A stretch of 64,000 nt of DNA from Clostridia bacterium. GTDB taxonomy: Bacteria; Bacillota; Clostridia; Christensenellales; Borkfalkiaceae. The position numbers and the translations under genes are program-made. This document shows, in pieces, positions 1-7,622 of the stretch; position 1 is the stretch's first letter, and every line of letters starts with the position of its first letter. A model generated the notes under the pieces. It had not been told where the DNA came from. It was given only the letters and a program-made list of their open reading frames with translations, and did not search any database. The stretch lies in NCBI GenBank assembly GCA_900771345.1, contig CAAGNQ010000045.1:33230-97229 (forward strand). Reading direction: 5' to 3'.

Positions 1-342
1 TATCATCGGATACAAAATGGTCGGGTTAGATTGCAAATATATAACGTCTGCATCCTTAATCTTTTTCCATTTTCTCCTTGCTTGAAATGCATAGCGAAAA
101 TCGTTTAGATAGCGCCTTATAAAGTTTGTTTTGTCAACCACCTTGCGAACGATAGTGTCACACGTGAAATTTGGCAATGAATCTAAAGAGTTCGGGATAT
201 CTGGGTTTATGCCCTTTCGATGACTCTGTATTAAATGAACGCTATGCCCTGCTTTGCAGAATGAATAAATCATTTTTTCAGCCATTTGATTGTTTGGGTT
301 TGGAGTGTCAAACCCCTCTGCCGTTATGTATAATATTTTCAT
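1..342 (-). CDS. glycosyltransferase, N-terminal 114 codons only (gene runs off the window start)
   Basis: Edge-truncated, so absent from the ORF track. My translation of the minus strand from ATG at 342-340 gives MKILYITAEGFDTPNPNNQMAEKMIYSFCKAGHSVHLIQSH... with no stop to position 1. SD AGGTGG lies just upstream (343-350). It sits 39 nt downstream of the priming sugar transferase, so likely the same operon. N-terminus resembles GT-B/GT4 enzymes. Confidence 0.55.
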   Translation of the reverse strand, partial: MKILYITAEGFDTPNPNNQMAEKMIYSFCKAGHSVHLIQSHRKGINPDIPNSLDSLPNFTCDTIVRKVVDKTNFIRRYLNDFRYAFQARRKWKKIKDADVIYLQSNPTILYPMI

Positions 343-381
343 TTCCACCTCTTACAGCAGTAATAATCTATGCACCTTAAC

Positions 382-1080
382 TCAAGAAACTTTTTCTTTT
401 AATGCTTGGCTCTCTGCCTGGTTTTCTAGCCCTGCGCTCTCGTTGTTATTCATTTTGCCAGTACCACCTTCGACCACGCCGTCTGACTTAAGCACTTTCG
501 CAAAGGTCTTAAAAAAGCACTTAACGTCCATAGCAAAACCTTTGAACTTTCCCGAGTTTAGCGCTTTAACGTATTCGCCGTCAAGTCTTGCTTTTTCTTC
601 AATTTCAAGTTCGTCACGCCCGTTTACCTGCGCCCAACCAGTTATTCCTGGCTTTAGGTCGTTTGCTAGATATTTTTCACGCTCTTTAACCAAGTCGTCT
701 TGCGACCACAAAGCCGGCCTAGGACCAACTATCGATAGTTTTCCCACGAACACTTGATAAATTTGAGGCAGTTCATCAATACTAGTCTTTCGGATAAAAC
801 GCCCCACACGAGTTATGTATTGTTCGGGGTTCTTAAGAAGATGGGTTGGAATATCGTCAGGAGTGGACCTTTTCATACTTCTAAATTTCCAAATTGTAAA
901 ATACGTAATCTCTCCGTTTTTCTTCTTTCCCACTCGTTTTTGCTTAAACAAAACAGGACCTGGGTCATCAATTTTTATAGCAACTGCAACAATCAGCATT
1001 GGAAGCGCCAGCAAAACAATTGCAAGGCTTGAAAAAACTAGGTCTATTAATCTTTTAATAACGTGCTTATACATTTGCAA
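382..1080 (-). CDS. bacterial sugar transferase (undecaprenyl-phosphate sugar phosphotransferase, WbaP/EpsL-type priming enzyme)
   Basis: 232 aa. One N-terminal TM, then the family hallmarks PVLFKQKRVGK, FRSM, DELPQ, SIVGPRP, PGITGWAQVNGR. SD AGGAG upstream of the ATG. Confidence 0.85.
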   Translation of the reverse strand: MQMYKHVIKRLIDLVFSSLAIVLLALPMLIVAVAIKIDDPGPVLFKQKRVGKKKNGEITYFTIWKFRSMKRSTPDDIPTHLLKNPEQYITRVGRFIRKTSIDELPQIYQVFVGKLSIVGPRPALWSQDDLVKEREKYLANDLKPGITGWAQVNGRDELEIEEKARLDGEYVKALNSGKFKGFAMDVKCFFKTFAKVLKSDGVVEGGTGKMNNNESAGLENQAESQALKEKVS

Positions 1081-1261
1081 TTTCTCCTGTTTGTAATATT
1101 TTCACATTTTAAGGGATTTTCTCCCTACGACTTTTTCCTTTTATCATCAGTGGGGCATTATTTCCTTTTAGGCACACCACCCCACTATATATATTAAATT
1201 ACTTAATATATAATATCATATAACAATTCTTTAGTCAATACATAATTTGCAATTTCCATAA

Positions 1262-1294
1262 TAAAACAATAAACAGCCTAATAGTAGGCTGTTT
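1262..1294 (-). terminator. intrinsic terminator after the NSS transporter gene
   Basis: Hairpin AAACAGCCTA/TAGGCTGTTT (1271-1294) followed by a U-rich tract on the minus strand. Confidence 0.6.
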
Positions 1295-1316
1295 ATCAAT
1301 TTTAATATGTTTTTTA

Positions 1317-2858
1317 TTATTCGTTTGCTTTTTTAGAGTCTGATTGCATTAAAAGTTCGTCCTCGTTAGTGCCTGTCTCTTTATTCCTTAAAAACGCAAA
1401 ATAAATTGCAACGCACACCAAAAGAATTGCATACGCCGTTAGCACTATTCCCAGTCCGTTTACGCTGAATACGCCGTTCGGGAAGATAATGTCTTTAACG
1501 CCAAACACTTCAATTATTAAAATTAAAATCGGCGTTGCGTATTTTACCATAACTGCAAATATTTTTTCAAACTTGCCGAGATTTAAACCGTCGTCTTTAA
1601 GAACTTTCAGCGTTTTGAACGGGCTAAAGGTTGGCTTTTTGTCAAGTAACCAACCCAAAACAAAGCAAGAGCCAAGCGCACAAAGAGGCATAAGAACGGT
1701 GTTCGTGACCTTGTCAAAAAAGTCAAGCCAGTTTTCCCCACATATTAGCATTTTGTTCTGACCCGTTAGCGCGTATCCTAAAGAAACACCTATAAAAATC
1801 GAAACAATAAACGCAAAAGAAAAAATCATTAACGTTGCCCTCTTTCGTGGCATTTTAAACTTTTGAATGATAAACTGGGTTGCAACCTCTAAAAGCGAAA
1901 CGACAGAGGTAAGCGCCGCGATTACAACCATTCCGAAAAATAAGAAAGAGATAATCTTGCCTGCAAATCCCAGTTTAGCAAAAACAAGTGGCAAAGACTT
2001 AAACATTAGCATCATGCCTTGCATATCGGAAACAGGCGTGCCTGAAACTGCCTCGTAGTGAAAGATTGAAGGAAAAATTGCAAGACCTGATAAAAAGGCA
2101 ACGCAGGTATCAAAAATACAAATCATAAGTACCGACTTGCCCAAATTAGATTCTCTGCTTGTATACGAGCCGTAAGAAACCATTATACCCATACCTAGAG
2201 AAAGCGAGTAAAAGGCCTGACCCATTGCCGCAAGAACCCCACTAAATCCTAACTCGTCAAATTTAGGATTTAGATAAAATTCGAGCCCGTTTGTTACCCC
2301 TTCGCCAAGACACAAGCAATAAATAACTATTGCAATAAGAAGGATAAAAAGCGCAGGCATTAAGACTTTGCTAGCCTTTTCAATCCCATTTTTAATTCCA
2401 CCCATAACGACAACTAACGATAATATTAAGAATATTGCAGTAAATATTGAAACCTGCACAAAATCGCCTGCATAAGTGCTTAACACCGTTGAATTATCTT
2501 TGAAAGAATTTACTGTAAATTTAACGGTGTATCCACCTAAAACCGAATAATAGCACAAAATAAATGTTGGAATAATTATTGCAAACAAGCCTAACCAGCC
2601 CATTTTTTTGTTAATGCTTTTATAAGCAGTTATAGGGTTTGCTTGCGCTCTTCTGCCTATATAAATTTCTGCCGTCATTACGATTGAGCCGAAAAGTATT
2701 ACGCATAAAATATAGACAAAAACAAACGCCGCGCCACCGTTTGCACTCGTTTTATATGGGAAACTCCACAAGTTACCTAAGCCAACTGCCGAGCCTGCTG
2801 CCGCGAGAATAAAACCTATTCCACTTCCAAACCCGTTCCTCTTTTTTGTTCCTTCCAT
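1317..2858 (-). CDS. sodium-dependent transporter, neurotransmitter:sodium symporter (NSS/SNF) family
   Basis: 513 aa polytopic protein. N-terminal GFILAAAGSAVGLGNLWSFPY motif is typical of NSS. TTGACA-17-TAAAAT promoter and GAGG SD upstream. Confidence 0.9.
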   Translation of the reverse strand: MEGTKKRNGFGSGIGFILAAAGSAVGLGNLWSFPYKTSANGGAAFVFVYILCVILFGSIVMTAEIYIGRRAQANPITAYKSINKKMGWLGLFAIIIPTFILCYYSVLGGYTVKFTVNSFKDNSTVLSTYAGDFVQVSIFTAIFLILSLVVVMGGIKNGIEKASKVLMPALFILLIAIVIYCLCLGEGVTNGLEFYLNPKFDELGFSGVLAAMGQAFYSLSLGMGIMVSYGSYTSRESNLGKSVLMICIFDTCVAFLSGLAIFPSIFHYEAVSGTPVSDMQGMMLMFKSLPLVFAKLGFAGKIISFLFFGMVVIAALTSVVSLLEVATQFIIQKFKMPRKRATLMIFSFAFIVSIFIGVSLGYALTGQNKMLICGENWLDFFDKVTNTVLMPLCALGSCFVLGWLLDKKPTFSPFKTLKVLKDDGLNLGKFEKIFAVMVKYATPILILIIEVFGVKDIIFPNGVFSVNGLGIVLTAYAILLVCVAIYFAFLRNKETGTNEDELLMQSDSKKANE

Positions 2859-2954
2859 AACTTTAACCTCGAAAAATTATCAACTTGCATATTTTATCAT
2901 ATACCAAACTTATTGTCAACTTAAATAGTTGTTAGGATAAAATATGACCCTCTT

Positions 2955-2990
2955 TAATAAAAAAACAGCAAAGATTACTCTGCTGTTTTT
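2955..2990 (-). terminator. intrinsic terminator after the GT4 gene
   Basis: Hairpin AACAGCA/TGCTGTT followed by U7 on the minus strand. Confidence 0.6.
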
Positions 2991-2995
2991 TAACT

Positions 2996-4222
2996 TTAAA
3001 TATTTTTCTTTGCTTTTTTGATTTGTTTTAATCTCTCTTTGGCTTTTTTTCGTCTATTATAATCTTTTATGACCTTTTTATATTTTTCATAAACTTCTTC
3101 AGCCACCATCTCCCACGAGCGATAGAGTGTTTTATGCGCGTTATCCCCAACCTCTTTAAGCCTTGCAGGATTACCCATTATCTCTAGAATTTTTTCAGAA
3201 AAACTCTCGGCGTTTTCCTCTGCTAAAAATCCGTTTGCTCCGTCTTCAACAAGTTCTGCCGAACAAGAACCATCAACCATTAACGCCGGAAGATAATGCG
3301 CTGCCGCCTCAACGGCAGTAACTGGTGCCATATCAAACACGGACGGAAACAACAACAAGTCTGCTCTTAAATAATAGCCTTGAAGCAAATTCTTGTCACT
3401 TACGCTTCCTGTAAAAATGCAGTCGCTAGAAAGATTTTTTTCCTGCACGTACGCCTTAACCTCGTCAATATCAAATCCCCCACCGACAAATAGCATCTTA
3501 AACTTCTTTCCACTCTTTTTTATAAGCGAAAGTGAGTCAACTATAATCTTTAAGTTTTTATACCACACCATTCTTCCCACGAAGAGAAAAACGTTTTCCT
3601 GTTCGTATAAATTGTGGGTTTGATTTATTTTGTCTATCAGTTGGTCGGCATTCTCAGGATATTTCATATCCGTGCCGTTTCTAATTACCTCGATTTTACC
3701 CTTATACCCGTAATCACGCAAGATTTGACAAGACCTATTGCTAACCGTCCACACGCTATCGGCATTGTCGTAAACTTGCATAATATATCCTATCATGAAA
3801 TCGACAAGCCCGTTGTTTTTTAATACCCTCTCAAAGTCTTTGTGGTATTGGGTGTGAAGTGTTGCAACCACAGGTACTCCCATTTTTTTTGCAGTGCGAA
3901 CTGCAAATCTTCCCAGCCCGAATGGTGAATGAGTATGATAAATATCAAATTTCTCTTGCGCAATTTTCTTTGCAAACTTAAAGTCGAGCGCAGGATATCC
4001 CGAACGATAATTCTCTGGCGCACCAGACGACAAACAACGAATGACCTCAAACGATTCGAGGTCGTCGTAATTATCTTTCTTTGAGGCGCTTGGTGTTGCA
4101 AGTTTACATTCTGCAATTTTATTGAGGTTTTCAGAATAGTATTTTACAACGTTGATTGCTCCGTCAACGGTAGGATAAAAGGTATCAATAAGTTGCAAAA
4201 TTTTTATCTTTTCATCTGCCAT
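2996..4222 (-). CDS. glycosyltransferase family 4 (GT-B fold), basic C-terminal tail
   Basis: 408 aa. N-terminus KILQLIDTFYPTVDGAINVV and C-terminal half FPSVFDMAPVTAVEAAA...GANGFL resemble GT4 retaining glycosyltransferases (EX7E region). Confidence 0.8.
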   Translation of the reverse strand: MADEKIKILQLIDTFYPTVDGAINVVKYYSENLNKIAECKLATPSASKKDNYDDLESFEVIRCLSSGAPENYRSGYPALDFKFAKKIAQEKFDIYHTHSPFGLGRFAVRTAKKMGVPVVATLHTQYHKDFERVLKNNGLVDFMIGYIMQVYDNADSVWTVSNRSCQILRDYGYKGKIEVIRNGTDMKYPENADQLIDKINQTHNLYEQENVFLFVGRMVWYKNLKIIVDSLSLIKKSGKKFKMLFVGGGFDIDEVKAYVQEKNLSSDCIFTGSVSDKNLLQGYYLRADLLLFPSVFDMAPVTAVEAAAHYLPALMVDGSCSAELVEDGANGFLAEENAESFSEKILEIMGNPARLKEVGDNAHKTLYRSWEMVAEEVYEKYKKVIKDYNRRKKAKERLKQIKKAKKNI

Positions 4223-4249
4223 ATTATATTTCCTTTTTAATTTCGCTAA

Positions 4250-5419
4250 TTATTTTAATCCTTTAACAAACTCGGCAATTCTATCCGTTGCCTCTGCTAA
4301 ATTTTTCATTGAATAGGCGTATGAACACCTTATGTAATATTTTCCGAACTCGCCAAAAGCATCACCCGGAACGACTGCAACCTTCTTTTCGTCAAGAAGC
4401 CTCGTTGCAAACTCTTCGCCCGTCATGCCCGTACTTTTAACGCAAGGGAAAATGTAGAACGAGCCTTTAGGCTCAAAACAATATAGCCCCATTTTCCTAA
4501 AAGTCCTTAGCATAAACTGACGGCGCTTATCGTACTCTTGCCTCATTTCCTCAACGTCTTTATATCCGTTTTTACTGCCGTCTTTAAGTCCTTCAAGCGC
4601 TGCATACTGAGAAAAAATCGGTGCGCAAATAATGGTGTACTGATGGATTTTTAGCATTGCGTTTAAAATTTCATCAGGCGCACAAACGAATCCCACGCGC
4701 CAGCCGGTCATAGCAAACGCCTTTGAAAAACCGTTGATATAAACAACCCTGCCTTTCATTTCAGGAAAACTTGCGATTGAACAGTGCTCTTCTCCGTAGG
4801 TTAATTCTGCGTAAATCTCGTCGGCAATAACCAAAATATCATTCTCTATGATAATCGGCAAAATCTCCTCGATATATTGCCTTTCCATAACGCCACCCGT
4901 AGGATTGTTTGGATAAGGAAATACTAATGCTTTTGTCTTTTCTGTTATAACTTTTGAAAGAGCCTCTTTAGTAAGTTTAAATCCGTTTTCACCGTCACAA
5001 GGAACGCTTACGGCTTTGCCTCCCAAAAGGTCCACACACGGCTTATATGAAACGTAACTAGGGTCCGGAACAAGCACCTCGTCCCCCTCGTTTATAATTG
5101 CCCTAAAAACAAGGTCGATAGCCTCGCTTGCACCGACTGTTATAATGGTTTGCTCGGCAGAAAAATCAACCGAGAATTTGCTCTTTAAATATTTGGAAAT
5201 CTCCTCTCTTAAAGGCAACAACCCCTTGTTTGAGGTATACTGCGTATATCCTCTCTTTATAGCGCTAATTCCAGCGTCGCGAATCTTCCAAGGCGTGATA
5301 AAATCAGGCTCGCCAACACCTAGGGAAATAACGTCCTTTCTCTCTGAAACTATGTCAAAAAACTTCCTTATTCCAGAAGGTTTGATGCTTTTTACTCTAT
5401 TACTTAAAAAATCTCTCAT
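4250..5419 (-). CDS. pyridoxal-phosphate-dependent aminotransferase, class I/II (aspartate/aromatic type)
   Basis: 389 aa. Motifs PSGIRKF, LGVGEPDF, NPTG, and SKAFAMTGWRVG (PLP-lysine motif). Confidence 0.85.
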   Translation of the reverse strand: MRDFLSNRVKSIKPSGIRKFFDIVSERKDVISLGVGEPDFITPWKIRDAGISAIKRGYTQYTSNKGLLPLREEISKYLKSKFSVDFSAEQTIITVGASEAIDLVFRAIINEGDEVLVPDPSYVSYKPCVDLLGGKAVSVPCDGENGFKLTKEALSKVITEKTKALVFPYPNNPTGGVMERQYIEEILPIIIENDILVIADEIYAELTYGEEHCSIASFPEMKGRVVYINGFSKAFAMTGWRVGFVCAPDEILNAMLKIHQYTIICAPIFSQYAALEGLKDGSKNGYKDVEEMRQEYDKRRQFMLRTFRKMGLYCFEPKGSFYIFPCVKSTGMTGEEFATRLLDEKKVAVVPGDAFGEFGKYYIRCSYAYSMKNLAEATDRIAEFVKGLK

Positions 5420-5429
5420 TATAATCTAA

Positions 5430-5921
5430 TCAAGCGTGAACTGCCTGCCTCTTTCCGTCGTCTGACGGCTTTGTTATCTGCCCTTCAATCTTGTATTTTT
5501 TTAGAATGAAGTGGGTTTGAACACTTACTATACCCTCAATAACGCTGAGTTTTTCGGATATAAAAGTGGCTATATCTGTAATCGATTGCCCGTCAACAAA
5601 CACGGCAAGGTCAAATCCTCCACTCATAAGATATAAACTTTGAACTTCGCTAAAGTTATATATCTCTTCTGCATAAGAATCGAATCCCTTTAGTTTTTGT
5701 GGTGCAACCTTAACTTCTACTAACGCCTGAACTTTTTTGTTCTCTAGCGCTTCGGTATTTAAAATGGCGGCGTATTTTACTATAACACCGTCGGCTTGAA
5801 GTTGCTTTAAGGCTCGTGCAACGTCCTCTTCGCTAACCCCCGTCATTGCCGAAAGTTGAGCGTTAGTATATCTCGCATTTTCCTCTAACAAATCTATAAG
5901 TTGTTTTTTCAATCCTTCCAT
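5430..5921 (-). CDS. Lrp/AsnC family transcriptional regulator
   Basis: HTH_AsnC plus RAM domain pattern (LIDLLEENARYTNAQLSAMTGVSEEDVARALKQL...). Start moved to the ATG at 5921 (MEGLKK...), preceded by AGGAGGG. The track ORF (to 5954) has an unsupported 11-aa extension. 10 nt upstream of the aminotransferase, a common regulator/aminotransferase pairing. Confidence 0.85.
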   Translation of the reverse strand: MEGLKKQLIDLLEENARYTNAQLSAMTGVSEEDVARALKQLQADGVIVKYAAILNTEALENKKVQALVEVKVAPQKLKGFDSYAEEIYNFSEVQSLYLMSGGFDLAVFVDGQSITDIATFISEKLSVIEGIVSVQTHFILKKYKIEGQITKPSDDGKRQAVHA

Positions 5922-6055
5922 TTTTTCTACCCTCCTTTTATTGCAAAAGTTCATACTCCCACAATAGTATTGTAATATTATTTTGCAAATTTGTCAATAC
6001 AATCTTGATTTTTTGTTACAGTTTATGATACAATGTTTTCGTTTAGGAGTGGGTT

Positions 6056-6316
6056 ATGATAAAAATTTGGGCAAAAGTTATGAATAACCATAAAATTCAA
6101 AGGCAGTTTGTGTTTGAAAAAGAGGGAGAAATTGACTATTCGGAATTTTTCGATTATCTAAGGGAAATTTGCGAAAACCTTGATATTCCTACCCCCGTTT
6201 TAATAAAAACTCATCTTTTTAATTACGCAAGATATAATAACGTTAGATTTTCTCCGTCTGACTTTGTTGAACAAGTGGATTTCGATAGACTTATTCTAGA
6301 GAACGTTTGCTTATAA
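6056..6316 (+). CDS. hypothetical protein (86 aa)
   Basis: ORF with SD TAGGAGTGGG and an upstream extended -10 (TGATACAAT). No family recognised. Confidence 0.5.
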   Translation: MIKIWAKVMNNHKIQRQFVFEKEGEIDYSEFFDYLREICENLDIPTPVLIKTHLFNYARYNNVRFSPSDFVEQVDFDRLILENVCL

Positions 6317-6371
6317 TATATGCATAATCCAGCCGATTTTAACGCATACTCCTTTTATAAGGGGGAAAAGT

Positions 6372-6587
6372 ATGAAAATCACTTCTATTATTGCGTTTAC
6401 GCTTGTGATAATCGGCGCACTCGTTTGGCTACTAATAGGTATTTTTGACTTTAATTTGGTAGCGTTTATCTTTGGTAGTGGCGCTCAAGCAATGGTTTCA
6501 CGAATTATCTATTCGCTCGTTGGAATTTCAGCATTATGGCTACTTTTCATCTGGGCAACCTATCATCCATTTAAAGTGGTTGAGTAA
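6372..6587 (+). CDS. DUF378-type small membrane protein
   Basis: 71 aa, two TM. IGALVWLLIGIFDFNLVAFIFG matches my memory of the DUF378 signature (GALNWGLIG..FNLV..IFG). SD GGGGGAAAAG. Confidence 0.7.
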   Translation: MKITSIIAFTLVIIGALVWLLIGIFDFNLVAFIFGSGAQAMVSRIIYSLVGISALWLLFIWATYHPFKVVE

Positions 6588-6636
6588 AAAAGAAAACTCT
6601 TTCTTATCTAGGAAAGAGTTTTTTTATTTTTCTTTT

Positions 6637-7134
6637 TTATTTGCTTTTTTCTTGCCACTTTTTTAGTTTTAAATATAATAACACGCCGAATGCATAAACG
6701 GATATACCTTGCCCTGCCAACATAAACAGCACTTGAATATAATACAAATATTCTAGTTCTCCGTAGCAGTAATACCAAATTATGGGCAGGAAAAAGGCGT
6801 TAAGAAGAACGGGGAAAAGCCCCCCGACAACAAGTTTAATCCAAGTTTTTTTTATTAGTTTTCCCGTTATATAGGTCGATATCCCTGCCAAAAGCGTGAT
6901 AAGACTACCAAAAACAACGTCTTGCAGTGCGCAACCCGTGATTAAGTTGGCAAGCATGCACCCTATAAATAGTGCTGGCACTGCCTCAATAAAAAGAAGT
7001 GGCAATAAGGTCATAGCTTCGGCTATTCTAATCTGAATTGTTCCACTTGCAATCGGCATAGTTACAAAGGTTAGCGCAACGTAAATGCCGGCAATCACGC
7101 CTGCTCTTGCAATTTTTTTTGAAAAATCTCGCAT
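6637..7134 (-). CDS. queT: QueT, queuosine-precursor transporter (ECF S-component type)
   Basis: 165 aa, 5-6 TM. N-terminus KKIARAGVIAGIYVALTFV is QueT-like. Preceded by a preQ1-I riboswitch, which supports the call independently. Confidence 0.8.
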   Translation of the reverse strand: MRDFSKKIARAGVIAGIYVALTFVTMPIASGTIQIRIAEAMTLLPLLFIEAVPALFIGCMLANLITGCALQDVVFGSLITLLAGISTYITGKLIKKTWIKLVVGGLFPVLLNAFFLPIIWYYCYGELEYLYYIQVLFMLAGQGISVYAFGVLLYLKLKKWQEKSK

Positions 7135-7230
7135 AAAAAAACCTCTTTCGTGGTTTTGGCCTGCGAAAAAGGTTAAAAATTATTTCCTTTTTCGGTTGTT
7201 TTATAGAAGTGTTGACCGAAAACCTTCTTG
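7135..7230 (-). promoter_or_regulatory. preQ1-I riboswitch with antiterminator/terminator expression platform
   Basis: Minus-strand RNA: AGAAG-GUUUUCGGUCAACA-CUUCU-AUAAAACAACCGAAAAAGG. Compare B. subtilis queC AGAGG-UUCUAGCUACAC-CCUCU-AUAAAAAACUAAGG. Tail ACCGA can pair with loop UCGGU (pseudoknot). Downstream 9-nt segments at 7186-7194, 7164-7172 and 7142-7150 form alternative helices, followed by U7 and the AUG. Confidence 0.75.
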
Positions 7231-7235
7231 CCTTT

Positions 7236-7264
7236 ATTATATTCTTAAAAATCTCGTTTGTCAA
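7236..7264 (-). promoter_or_regulatory. sigma-A type promoter for the preQ1 riboswitch-queT transcript
   Basis: TTGACA (7264-7259), 17-nt spacer, TATAAT (7241-7236), read on the minus strand. Confidence 0.6.
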
Positions 7265-7338
7265 GAACTTTTGTATTATAAGCCTCGTTTTAACCAGCAG
7301 ATATAAGAAGAGGATTATAAAAAATTTTAAATAAAACA

Positions 7339-7367
7339 TTGACAAATTTGTAAAATTATTATATATT
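7339..7367 (+). promoter_or_regulatory. sigma-A type promoter for the lysine riboswitch-NhaC transcript
   Basis: TTGACA (7339-7344), 17-nt spacer, TATATT (7362-7367). Confidence 0.5.
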
Positions 7368-7384
7368 ATATTAAAATAAAAATC

Positions 7385-7592
7385 ATATAGAGGCGCAACC
7401 GACAATAATCTTTGCTTTTTTGTGGCAAATTGGGCAAGGACACAGGGGAGGTTGCCGAAGAGGTTTTTTTGCCACAAAAAAACTATCTGGGCGAACGCAG
7501 AATATGCGTTCGACTGTCGCAAAATTTTTTTGCGTTGTGCTATTAGATATTTTGGTTATCACGATATTTAGTAGTATCGTGATTTTATTTTA
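7385..7592 (+). promoter_or_regulatory. lysine riboswitch (L-box) with intrinsic terminator
   Basis: Conserved L-box blocks read directly: AUAGAGGCGC (7387-7396), GGGGAGGUUGCCGAAG (7445-7460), CUGGGCGAACGCAGAAUAUGCGUUCGACUGUCGC (7487-7520). Long helix UUUUUUGUGGCAAA/UUUGCCACAAAAAA. Terminator AUCACGAUA..UAUCGUGAU plus U-run at 7558-7591. Confidence 0.8.
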
Positions 7593-7622
7593 AAAAATTT
7601 ATTCCACAAAGGAGAAAAGGAA

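Noticed and set aside
156-171. parS-like sequence (minus strand AATTTCACGTGTGACA) inside the truncated glycosyltransferase gene.
   Set aside because: Four mismatches to TGTTNCACGTGAAACA, including both outer half-site positions. This is probably a chance CACGTG-centred match, too degenerate to call.
7028-7522. 164-aa minus-strand ORF in the supplied track.
   Set aside because: It overlaps the queT N-terminus, both promoters and both riboswitches. It is low-complexity AT-rich with no SD, so spurious.
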